A stretch of DNA of 63,568 bases, counting the filler, from Octopus bimaculoides (taxonomy: Eukaryota), in NCBI RefSeq assembly GCF_001194135.2. It is 7 parts of 7 records of this genome, joined end to end, with 100 filler letters (N's around TTAATTAATTAA, not from the genome) between each part and the next. Parts side by side here need not be neighbours in the genome. Positions count along the whole stretch, not along the records: positions 44,436 to 57,391 come from NC_069006.1; positions 57,492 to 61,773 come from NW_026344454.1; positions 61,874 to 63,568 come from NC_068985.1; 4 more parts are not named here. The stretch is one strand, 5' to 3'. Shown one piece after another: positions 51,154-62,386 of this stretch; position 1 is the stretch's first letter; each line of letters begins with the position of its first letter. The position numbers and the translations under genes were made by a program. The notes below the pieces were generated by a model. It was not told where the DNA came from and did not search any database. It saw only the letters and a program-made list of their open reading frames with translations.

Positions 51154-52861
51154 TAACTTCCTTTATTATTATTGTATATATATATATATATATCACATAA
51201 TGCAAACGTGTAGNNNNNNNNNNCTTGGTTTGTAAACATATATACGGTAACTTCCTTTATTATTATTGTATATATATATATATATCACATAATGCAAACG
51301 TGTAGCTTTTTTGTGCACTTTGCAGAAAATAAAGAAATAACAGTAATAACGTCAGTGAAAAATAAATATTAAGTAAATTGCCTTTACATATTTACCACTA
51401 TACAAGAATGGTGATGTTCTTAACTGTTATATGGGAATGTAAATATGTTTTCAAATTGTTTTTGCTGTTTGTTAGTAGGGGTTCGCTCCCCCTGCTAGCG
51501 ATGTATTGTACATAAAGGGTGATGAGCTTGCACCGAAAACCAGCTGGCGGAGAATCCACCTGGGGTTAAACTGGTAGTAACATCCATCAGCCACTTTGAT
51601 ATGGCGACTCGCTCTACTGTTTAGTATACGTTACTGCTCTTTCACTTCTTGAGATTTTATAACAGGTTATTTTGCTTGTTATATATATAGATGCACGACG
51701 GGCTTCCTGCAGCTTCTCTCTACCAAATCCACTCACAAGGCTTTGGTCGGTCAAGGCTAGAGTAGAAAACACTTGCCCAAGGTGTGACGCTGTGGCACTA
51801 AACCCGGAACCACGTGGTTCTTACAACACAGAAGGCATAAAAGATGCCTGGGTATGTACCACAATTTCAGCAGAAAAACGATTCTATCTCATTAAATCAT
51901 ATGAGAGTCCCAATTTTTCATAGAGGACCTAGGTTAATTTTCTTTTTTAAAGACATTTGTTTGGGAAAACGGTTTGTCTTATATGCTATCAAAAGTAGTA
52001 AGCTATTTTTCAGAGATGGTGTATCTTGGACTCCATTATACAACGAGTCTTTCTCTTTTTAAAGAGAATTTTGCTTCAAGCATGGTAGAAAGAAGGTGAG
52101 AGACAATGAGAAATATGGGAGGGGGGGATGTGACAACATCAGACCTGGTTGAGAAAGTTCATAATTTTCTGTGCGATCATCGTAAAATTTAATCAGAAGA
52201 GGCCAGAGCTCTTCCACTCCAGTCGGTGGCAAGAAAATGTGAAGCAAGAAAAAATCAAAATAAATTCACCAGTTTTTTTATTTGCATCAAGTTTCCTAGA
52301 TAAGAAATAGGNNNNNNNNNNNNNNNNNNNNNNNNNNNNNNNNNNNNNNNNNNNNNNNNNNNNNNNNNNNNNNNNNNNNNNNNNNNNNNNNNNNNNNNNN
52401 NNNNNNNNNNNNNNNNNNNNNNNNNNNNNNNNNNNNNNNNNNNNNNNNNNNNNNNNNNNNNNNNNNNNNNNNNNNNNNNNNNNNNNNNNNNNNNNNNNNN
52501 NNNNNNNNNNNNNNNNNNNNNNNNNNNNNNNNNNNNNNNNNNNNNNNNNNNNNNNNNNNNNNNNNNNNNNNNNNNNNNNNNNNNNNNNNNNNNNNNNNNN
52601 NNNNNNNNNNNNNNNNNNNNNNNNNNNNNNNNNNNNNNNNNNNNNNNNNNNNNNNNNNNNNNNNNNNNNNNNNNNNNNNNNNNNNNNNNNNNNNNNNNNN
52701 NNNNNNNNNNNNNNNNNNNNNNNNNNNNNNNNNNNNNNNNNNNNNNNNNNNNNNNNNNNNNNNNNNNNNNNNNNNNNNNNNNNNNNNNNNNNNNNNNNNN
52801 NNNNNNNNNNNNNNNNNNNNNNNNNNNNNNNNNNNNNNNNNNNNNNNNNNNNNNNNNNNNN

Positions 52862-52895
<34 letters not shown>

Positions 52896-53189
52896 TATGA
52901 GGATATTTAAACCTCTTATAGGGATAGTTTTATCCAAGATACCCTGGTTTTGTATATTATATTTTGAAAAGATATTTCTTCAATGAATATATTACAAAAC
53001 ATCAAATATTATCAATAAGTTTGAACATGGAGAGATTCAATGGATACAAATCAATTTATTAATTAATTAACATTGCCTACAACTGTTTCACTTCACACCC
53101 AATTTAAATTACAAAGTATATATAATAAAAATTTGCATTTTGAGTACCTTGGGTGGAAGATCTTCCAGCCAAAACGGACATTACAGAGT

Positions 53190-53290
53190 TTACATTTTAT
53201 CAGTTGAAATACTCCAACAGAGTAAGCAGATGGAAGCGTATTTATTTATCTGCTTAGTCTGTTGGAGTAATTCAACTGATCAAAATGTAA
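53190..53290. repeat. 101-nt near-perfect hairpin (42/43-nt arms, 16-nt loop)
   Basis: ttacattttatcagttgaaatactccaacagagtaagcagat pairs with atctgcttagtctgttggagtaattcaactgatcaaaatgtaa (2 mismatches, 1 bulge). Confidence 0.9.
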
Positions 53291-53502
53291 TATATCATTT
53301 AATAAACAGTGTACATTTTTATGAGATACTAATGGTTTCATGTAATGAAAGCTACTGAGACGCTATTTTATAACACGTCTCATGCCTCCACGCAACCCTT
53401 GCCCAAAATTTCAGGCCTTGTGCTTATAGTAAAAAGGATCATTATTATTATCATTATCATTATTGCTGTTGTTGTTGTTGTTGTTATTATTATTATTATT
53501 AT

Positions 53503-53712
53503 TGTTCAGTAGTTTTATTTTTATAACGTGCTTTCACTTCACTACCGAGCGCAGCTCTGTGCGCCTTGGGTATGTGCTGTGGTTTGCTGTGGTGCTCTTA
53601 TGTTTACTGTATTGAAAGTGTTTTGCGTAGAATGTGTGCAGTACCCAGTAGTGCAATTTTCTGTATGTTATATATATTTGTAAGTCCTGGTGTTTTTGTT
53701 ATGTATTTGTCT
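53503..53712 (-). mobile_element. 5'-truncated Dong/R4-like element inserted in a (TAA)n array
   Basis: DKYITKTPGLTNIYNIQKIALLGTAHILRKTLSIQ*. TAA repeats lie on both sides. Near-identical to 32243-32398. Confidence 0.8.
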
Positions 53713-54085
53713 TATTATTATTATTATTAATGCGTTTTGTCAGAATCGATGATGTTGCAAGTTAAATACCCGCTCCATGTTTATTTTGCCTTTCATTTTT
53801 CCCAGCACCCCACTCCCCACCTCCCAAAATATAGGACCCCCCCTCTTCCTACCACAAAAAGATGTTTTTTTTTTTTTAAGAAGCCTCTTTGCGATATTAA
53901 TTCTGCACTGAATAACAGGCAATCTCTTGTCACAGTCGTCATAACAACGCAATAAATGTGTGATTATTCTATCATAAAACACACAATATCTGTTTACTAA
54001 TTGCCTTAGGAAACAGAAAATAATTGAGTACACATTGCAGAATGATGTAATCACTGGACAGTATAAAGGTTCCGCGTCACACTAT

Positions 54086-54150
<65 letters not shown>
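54086..54150. repeat. (CTA)n microsatellite
   Basis: Direct reading. Confidence 0.95.
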
Positions 54151-54153
<3 letters not shown>

Positions 54154-54390
54154 CCGTCCTTTTGATCACACTTATCTGATATAAGTGGGAACGGCACTGA
54201 GAGTAGCAATGGTAGGAAGGGGTGTGCTTCATTTTGTCATATCGCTATGACAAAGAATTATCTGGAGAATTATCATTCATATTCTTACCTTATATAGACA
54301 TGTGTGAATAATTGAATAAAACACATAGATACATAAGTATGGAGATACATTACACATATACATACACACATTCATACACACACACACACA

Positions 54391-54425
<35 letters not shown>

Positions 54426-54647
54426 TCAAAATTTGATGACCCTACAAGACTAGGTGAAAGCGCTAATTTATAAAACATGTGACATATGAATAAAAATCTG
54501 TCAATGTACAACCATCCAGACATCTGAGTACCTGATTATTATTTTTTCTAATATATAATTCCTGTACATCACTACATAACCTCCAAACCTTCCAATATAT
54601 ATATATATATACGACAGGTTTCTTTCAGTTTCGTTATCGTTGTTTTT

Positions 54648-54859
54648 CACTACGTTTCGGCTGTGTGCGCTCCAGCCTTCAGGAGCTTTATATACCTTAC
54701 AGATACATTCTGGCATTGCTTATGAGTATAATGCAATGGATAAAAGCACTTGTTAATGCAGTGAAGACACCTAGAGGTAGTGAGTTCAATCTCAGAGAAG
54801 ACACTAAGGTGAATAAGACACCTGAAGAAGGGTAGAGCGTGCGCAACCGAAACTTAGTG
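54648..54859. mobile_element. Divergent inverted pair of decayed minimal hammerhead motifs
   Basis: Minus 54648-54685: cuccugaa-GGCUG(gagcgcaca)CAGCC-GAAACGUA/GUG. Plus 54819-54859: CAC-CUGAAGA-a-gGGU(...)ACC-GAAACuUA/GUG. Confidence 0.55.
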
Positions 54860-55416
54860 AGGAGCAACAACGGAGACGGGGACACCATTCCCGTTATTAT
54901 ATAAAACAGCAATTTTAGTTTGGAAGTAAATGCAATACTCACAGATAGAAAGTTAAAATAAGCACAGCTACGAGTGCCAAAGTAGTGGCATAATCTGTCA
55001 AGCCGAACACGTCCATCGTTACTCTTGCCTTGTTAGCGAATTAAGTGTTTATATAATCGTATGCCAAATATAAACACTGTTTTCTAAGATAAACCACTCT
55101 TATACACCTCTCTTACCCTCTCTAAATCTCTTCATATCTCTTACACTATTTTTCTCTCTCTCTCTCTGACTGCTTCTCTCTCTCTGACTGCTTCTCTCTT
55201 TCTTTTATGCTTACCGCTCACTACCTCAGTCACATTACTCTCCTTCGCCCACTTTAGTGTTGTTGTTTTATCATTCATTGATTCTAGTTTTCCAACCCCT
55301 TCCTTTGAACATGTGACGAAATAACTGTGGCGATTGCATTTTCAGTCAGTACTATTTACACCCAAGTAAACACCATCATCCTTCATCGTATAATATATCC
55401 TTTACTTAAGGTGACG

Positions 55417-55592
55417 AACAGGTAGAATCGTTAACACACCGGGCGACATGTTCAAATCCCGCCGAAGTCGATTTTGTCTTTCATTCTTTCAGGGTCGATA
55501 AATTAAGTACCAATGTCGTACCGGGGTCGATCTAATAGACTGCCCACCCCCACGAAATTTTCGGGCCTTGCGCCTAGAGTAGATAAGAATAT
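55417..55592 (+). mobile_element. SINE family B with an internal deletion
   Basis: gttcaaatcccgccgaagtcgattttgtctttcattctttcagggtcgataaattaagtacc, plus the family tail. Confidence 0.75.
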
Positions 55593-56448
55593 CTCTTTTA
55601 CTTACTTATTATAACAGCCTTGATTTTATTCAACGAAAGGTTAACTTACCCTGTACGTTATTAAACCTGGTAACAAATAGATAAGCCAGTACTATGAACT
55701 CAACGTCGACGTACAAATGCACACACATATACACACGTCTATGCACTCACATATACATTCGAAACGTCTAGTTAGAATAGAGGCAGCTGACGAAGGATTA
55801 ATTCCAAGTGGCTACCTGTTTTCCTATGTGTTCGTTCCGTGGGCTGTAGTTCATTGTTCTAACGTTCTGTACCTTGAAATGCATCTATATACACATGTAG
55901 ATGTAAGTATGTACATATATGTGGGTATACATGCATATATATTCTTTANNNNNNNNNNNNNNNNNNNNNNNNNNNNNNNNNNNNNNNNNNNNNNNNNNNN
56001 NNNNNNNNNNNNNNNNNNNNNNNNNNNNNNNNNNNNNNNNNNNNNNNNNNNNNNNNNNNNNNNNNNNNNNNNNNNNNNNNNNNNNNNNNNNNNNNNNNNN
56101 NNNNNNNNNNNNNNNNNNNNNNNNNNNNNNNNNNNNNNNNNNNNNNNNNNNNNNNNNNNNNNNNNNNNNNNNNNNNNNNNNNNNNNNNNNNNNNNNNNNN
56201 NNNNNNNNNNNNNNNNNNNNNNNNNNNNNNNNNNNNNNNNNNNNNNNNNNNNNNNNNNNNNNNNNNNNNNNNNNNNNNNNNNNNNNNNNNNNNNNNNNNN
56301 NNNNNNNGGGAAGTCCAGTTTATGGGATTACCTTGGGTTTCCCGTCCATAAAGGTTATGGTGTATCGTCAGCTCCCAAAAGCCTGTTTGCCCATAACCAC
56401 TGAAAAATATGGACGGAGAAACGCCTCACTACTCAAAGGTAACAATTA

Positions 56449-57070
56449 TGGATTATCACTCTTTGCTATTGGCTGTCGACTACTGGCTGTACCGCCACCT
56501 TGTGGGCTCCAACAAGCAAGCAGAAACCTCCTGAAATGTAAACATGGCCCGAAAGTCTCTGTTCTGGATGTTCCCTGGTTCGAGTGAGTCTTATAGGATT
56601 CTCGCGCGTTCAGCTATGCAACTTGCAGTGCTTCGCCCCGTTGATGTAGGGGCCTGGGTTCTCGAAGATTTTCCATGAGATCGAGTATGGAATCCCATCG
56701 TCTGTTAGTAGCCAGACCTGACTGGTTAGTGATGTTACGCAACTCCTTTCCGGAACTGTGAAGGAGGATCTGTGATTGAAGGGACGTTGCTTGAAAAAGT
56801 TCCCGGGACATCCAATGTATCTCCGTGGGCGTGTGTTGTCGGTGCTGTATCTGCTGATGTTGTTGTTGCTACTGCTGCCGACTTTGTTGTTGTTGGAGCT
56901 GGGACTGCTTGCGTTGGCGTCACTGGAGGAGGTGGTGTCGTCGGTAAGGGTATCGCCCGTGCCGGTTATGGTGAAGGCACTGTTGTTGTTATTGTAGTCC
57001 TCGTCATTGGCGAGAGAGTTACCATTGCTGCTACAGGTGTCATTAGCTGTGGCTCCGCTGTCACTGCTGC

Positions 57071-57103
<33 letters not shown>

Positions 57104-57314
57104 TATAGGGGTTGTCAGGTCCGCGAGTGTGGCGTTTAGGGAAGCTGTTGGTAATGCTGCTGCTAATAGTGATGCTGCTGTTGTTGTTAGTGTTGTTGTT
57201 ACTGCTTTCGATGCCGTCGGGAGGGGAACTGCTAATGCTGTCGCTGGTGTTGTTATTGCTATTGTTGCTAATGTTGTTAACTGTTGCGATGGTGACGGTG
57301 TTGCTGGTTCTGTT
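56449..57314 (-). pseudogene. Penelope-like GIY-YIG endonuclease relic preceded in frame by ~165 Ser/Asn/Thr-rich codons
   Basis: Stop-free frame 57314-56610 ending RRYIGCPGNFFKQRPFNHRSSF...SLTSQVWLLTDDGIPYSISWKIFENPGPYINGAKHCKLHS*. After frameshifts it continues ERARIL...GPCLHFRRFLL. This fits YIG.T...FK.R...H.SSF...W.L...Y.I.WKI...PY..G.K.C.LC. Confidence 0.8.
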
Positions 57315-57968
57315 CTATAGCAGCAGCAACAGGTCCGGCGCCACCACCAGCAATCACGGCAATAATGAACATTCTACCACGACCTAACCACNNNNNNNNN
57401 NNNNNNNNNNNNNNNNNNNNNNNNNNNNNNNNNNNTTAATTAATTAANNNNNNNNNNNNNNNNNNNNNNNNNNNNNNNNNNNNNNNNNNNNAAATAATAA
57501 ATTGAACAATTAAATAATTTAATCATTAAATGATAAATTTATTTCAGTTTTATTATTTTATACAAACAAATGATATATCCCATAAATTACAACTGTTTCA
57601 ACACCATTAGTAAAAACAAGTTTTTCAAGAACAATAAAATGCCATTTTAGATATAATGAGGTTTCATCAGATAGGCATATCTTCTTAAACATCTCACGAA
57701 AAATAGCAATTGATAATTTTTATAACTGCTAACGTTTTTTAAGAGCAAGCTTAATCATAAATAATCTAACTGAAATTTCATAAATTCTTAAATTTAAATC
57801 TGTTACTATCTAGTTCTATAACTGATTTTGTTGCATAATACACCCATTCATATAGACATATTTATATATATATATCTATATACACATGTACATCTATCTA
57901 TTTTTGTATATATACATACACATACAAAAACATACATGCATATTCACATACACAAGTTTACTTGTTCA

Positions 57969-58018
<50 letters not shown>

Positions 58019-58202
58019 CAGCATGTATACATATACAATTCCATACACACACGTATATATATATTTATGGTAAAACATTAGTTTATATATTAATTCAAAT
58101 CTAAATAAGGGAATTTATAATAAAAATCAAACTTACAATTTATTCAAGTTATAGTTTAAAGTAAAAAACAGGGAAGATAACTATTTTTCCATTTTTAGAA
58201 AC

Positions 58203-58603
58203 AAAACGATAAGCAAAACCAACTCAATGCAGACAATGAAAAACAATTTAAATACATACAACAAAACCAAAGTAATACAATTACAAACAAAATGTCCCAA
58301 TTACGAACAACGAGCCAAAGCAACAAATTGAACAAGATAAACACGCTATATCTTCATGTATCCCACATTATTCATTCATTCACTCACATACACATATCGA
58401 TACATGTAAACAAAATGAAAAATGAAACCAACTCGATACGGACAACGAAAAGCAATTTAAATACATACAACAAAACCCAAGTAAAACCGATACAAACAAA
58501 ATGCCAATATCGATCCAAACAACAAATTATACAAGATAAACACGCTATATCTTCATATATATCACATTATACATTCACTCACATACGTATACATATCGAT
58601 ACA
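58203..58603. repeat. Diverged tandem duplication, unit ~200 bp
   Basis: aaaccaactc...caatttaaatacatacaacaaaacc...caagataaacacgctatatcttcat...catatcgatacat occurs twice. Confidence 0.85.
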
Positions 58604-59259
58604 TACACACCCACACTCACACATAGACTTAGATATCAACACATGTACATATACATACACACACATATAAATACATATACGCATACATACATGCATATAC
58701 ACACACCCTCACATACATGAGACAATACACACATACTTTTTTAATAATAATAATAATAATTTATTATATATATATATATACATACAAACACATATATACA
58801 TACATACTTATATACACTTATCCATGCATATATATATACATATATAAATATATATGCATAAATATATACATATATCTATCTATAAAATAAGTTTTATATA
58901 TTAAATTCAAAATAAAAGGTTATAAAATAATTTAACATAATTTCTTAATTCATAATACATTATATATATATATATACACATACACACATAGACATAGTTT
59001 TACATACATATGCACATACACACACATATATACATACTAATACACCCACGTAGCTACACATATATACCTACATAAATATATACACATACAAATACACCTA
59101 TACTTGCACATATAATCCCCTATATATACTTAGATTCATATATAGAGCTATATCTTTTCACAATAGGAATAAACAAATGAATAAATATATATACACAGAT
59201 ACACACATATATACACATATATATAGATACATATACATATATATACATACATGCACACA

Positions 59260-59655
59260 TCATCATCATCATCGTTTAACGTCCGCTTTCCATGCTAGCA
59301 TGGGTTGGACGATTTGACTGAGGACTGGTGAAACCGGATGGCAACACCAGGCTCCAGTCTGATTTGGCAGAGTTTCTACAGCTGGATGCCCTTCCTAACG
59401 CCAACCACTCAGAGAGTGTAGTGGGTGCTTTTACGTGTCACCCGCACGAAAACGGCCACGCTCGAAATGGTGTCTTTTATGTGCCACCCGCACAAGCCAG
59501 TCCAGGGGCACTGGCAACGATCTCGCTCGAAAATCCTACAGGAGCCAGTCAGGCGGTACTGGCAACGGCCATGCTCAAAATGGTGCATCTCATGTGCCAC
59601 CCGCACAAGAACCAGTCCAGGGGCACTGGCAACGATCTTACTTGGCTTGCCGGGT
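59260..59655 (-). mobile_element. SINE family C with a duplicated internal module
   Basis: gtgccacccgcacaag..ccagtccaggggcactggcaacgatct occurs at ~59480 and ~59595. Confidence 0.85.
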
Positions 59656-60386
59656 CTTCTCACGCACAGCACATATATATACTTATTTACACATCCTCAT
59701 ACATACATAAAAAAAAATATATATATCTATACATATCCCTACACCTACATTTATATATATAGACGGACACCCACCTGCATATATACTTACACATATACAT
59801 ACATACATATACTTATACACATATATATACATACACACTTATATACACGTACATATNNNNNNNNNNNNNNNNNNNNNNNNNNNNNNNNNNNNNNNNNNNN
59901 NNNNNNNNNNNNNNNNNNNNNNNNNNNNNNNNNNNNNNNNNNNNNNNNNNNNNNNNNNNNNNNNNNNNNNNNNNNNNNNNNNNNNNNNNNNNNNNNNNNN
60001 NNNNNNNNNNNNNNNNNNNNNNNNNNNNNNNNNNNNNNNNNNNNNNNNNNNNNNNNNNNNNNNNNNNNNNNNNNNNNNNNNNNNNNNNNNNNNNNNNNNN
60101 NNNNNNNNNNNNNNNNNNNNNNNNNNNNNNNNNNNNNNNNNNNNNNNNNNNNNNNNNNNNNNNNNNNNNNNNNNNNNNNNNNNNNNNNNNNNNNNNNNNN
60201 NNNNNNNNNNNNNNNNNNNNNNNNNNNNNNNNNNNNNNNNNNNNNNNNNNNNNNNNNNNNNNNNNNNNNNNNNNNNNNNNNNNNNNNNNNNNNNNNNNNN
60301 NNNNNNNNNNNNNNNNNNNNNNNNNNNNNNNNNNNNNNNNNTAACATATATATAATCAAAATAAGCCACAAGGATATCCAGAGGTA

Positions 60387-60474
60387 ATGCAGTACGATCG
60401 TTTCATGCAACTTCATTTAATTGAACAATGCAATCATTACATCAATTTAAATGCAGAGCAATCCTCAGCTGCAC
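60387..60474 (-). ncRNA. Type I hammerhead ribozyme candidate with an intact catalytic core
   Basis: GUGCAG-CUGAGGA-[57-nt extended stem II]-GAAAC-GAUC-GUA/CUGCAU. Stem I has 6 bp; stem III ACGAUCGU is a perfect 8-nt palindrome. Predicted cleavage between 60393 and 60392. Confidence 0.78.
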
Positions 60475-60696
60475 AAAGACATAGAATTTAATTAAATTAG
60501 AACAGATGGACACATTAGTATAATTATACCTAAAATCTCCAAGAAGTTAAGGAGATAGACAAAGAACAGCATAGAAGCTTCTATGCTGGAGTGAACGCAG
60601 CATGTTCTTTATCTATCTCCTTAACTTCTTGGAGATTTTAGGTATAATTATGCTAATGTGTCCATCTGTTCTAATTTAATTAAATTGTATGTCTCT

Positions 60697-60785
60697 ATGC
60701 AGGTGAGGATTGCTCTGCATTTTAAATTGATGTAATGGTTGCATTGTTCAATTAAATGGAGTTGCTTGAAACGATCATACTGCAT
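60697..60785 (+). ncRNA. Mutated hammerhead copy in the right arm
   Basis: Same fold, but the core reads GUGAGGA (C3G) and the triplet is AUA instead of GUA. Confidence 0.65.
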
Positions 60786-60940
60786 TACCTCTGGATATCC
60801 TTGTTGCTTATTTTGATTTTTAATCACCTTATTTTGCAATTGTATGGATAATACTGTACTAAATTCTGGTACCTCAACTTAAGTACCATATTCATCTGAA
60901 TCTGAATTTTTGCTAAACATATATATATGCATATGCATAC

Positions 60941-60983
<43 letters not shown>

Positions 60984-62386
60984 ACACATACACATGCATG
61001 TACATCACATACACATCGACATATATACACATCCACACATAAGTATACATATATATACACGTACATAGACATATACACATACATATACTCACAACATACA
61101 CATATACGTACGCATACGTTTATAGACTTGTGCGACCATGTACTTACATAAACACAAGTACACATACTTACATACATGGACACACACTTACATAAACACA
61201 TACACATGTACATAGTGTACATACATAAAGGAACAAATACAGGTATACACGCATATACATATATAGAAAGCTAATTAGTGAAAGGGAACGCTAAAATCTG
61301 AAAATGCTGTTATGGAAATATACTTCATAGGGTGGGAGAAGAAGAGAAGGTATAGATAAATAAAGAGGGAAGGAGAAAACAAAGTTAAAAGAGAGAGAGG
61401 GGGAGAGAGGGAAACGGGCAAAGATGGGAAGAAAAGATGAAGGGAGGAATAAAGGTTGTGGGAAATAAGAATAAAGAACAAAGAAAAGATAATTTGCAGA
61501 AGTTATTAGGTAAGGGGTAGACGCTATTTAAAAAAGTGAAAGAGTGCTTTTTCCAGGGTGCAACTCTTATACTTAGTATATAATCAGAGTAAACATAGTA
61601 GAAATTGCGATTAACATAAGTTTATATTATTTGTTCTGAAATATTCATTCACATGTAGGAACGAATTATATAAACTTGTGCTTATTGTAATTTCTCATAT
61701 ATACACATATGGATGTGTGTGTGTGTGTCTATACATATATGTAATATATATATGTGTGCACATATATATATATNNNNNNNNNNNNNNNNNNNNNNNNNNN
61801 NNNNNNNNNNNNNNNNNTTAATTAATTAANNNNNNNNNNNNNNNNNNNNNNNNNNNNNNNNNNNNNNNNNNNNGTGTGTGTGCGTGCGTGTGTGTGACCG
61901 GCTTCCACAAGGTTTCCATCTACCAAATTCACTCACAACAGATTGGTCGCCACGGAGCAGCACATCTGTAGTCAACCCCAAATTCCGTGGTGGCAAATCC
62001 AGAATGAAAAGAAAACAAGAAAAGTCCTTATGCTTTATGAAGCAATTATATACAATCTTGCGAACAGAGAAAGACCTTAGCTCTAACAGAACAATTTACT
62101 GCATCATCTCTCAGTAAAACTGAGGACCTTAGATTCTGTCTTGATCTGCTGAAACCCAGCTCTTAAATTGTAACTTATTCTCTTTAGGAAGTGGACTATG
62201 TAGTTCTAAAGGATAATCCTGGAGAGAATATCGATGTAAATATCTATATGACTGGTGCTGTCAGTAGCAAAATAAATAGAATTATCATATTTCATCTGTG
62301 AAACATTCCTGGTCTTTCTTAATTGTTTCTAGTTGATAACTCAACTGGGAACATTTAAATTCAGTTATAATATATACGTTATACAA

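Larger units (their letters stand above)
60354..60818. repeat. 465-bp palindrome made of two divergent hammerhead-bearing units
   Basis: Arms of ~215 bp, roughly 95% complementary by eye, around a core that includes the perfect 22-bp palindrome cagcatagaagcttctatgctg. Confidence 0.92.

Noticed and set aside
51130-51303. Exact 80-bp tandem duplication
   Set aside because: The copies flank a 10-N gap, the signature of unmerged contig overlap.
56772-57320. 182-aa Val/Ala/Gly-rich plus-strand ORF
   Set aside because: It is the in-register antisense shadow of the Ser/Asn-rich minus frame that leads into the GIY-YIG motif; no independent homology is evident.
62115-62165. CUGAGGA...GAAAC hammerhead-like string
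   Set aside because: Stems I and III do not pair.
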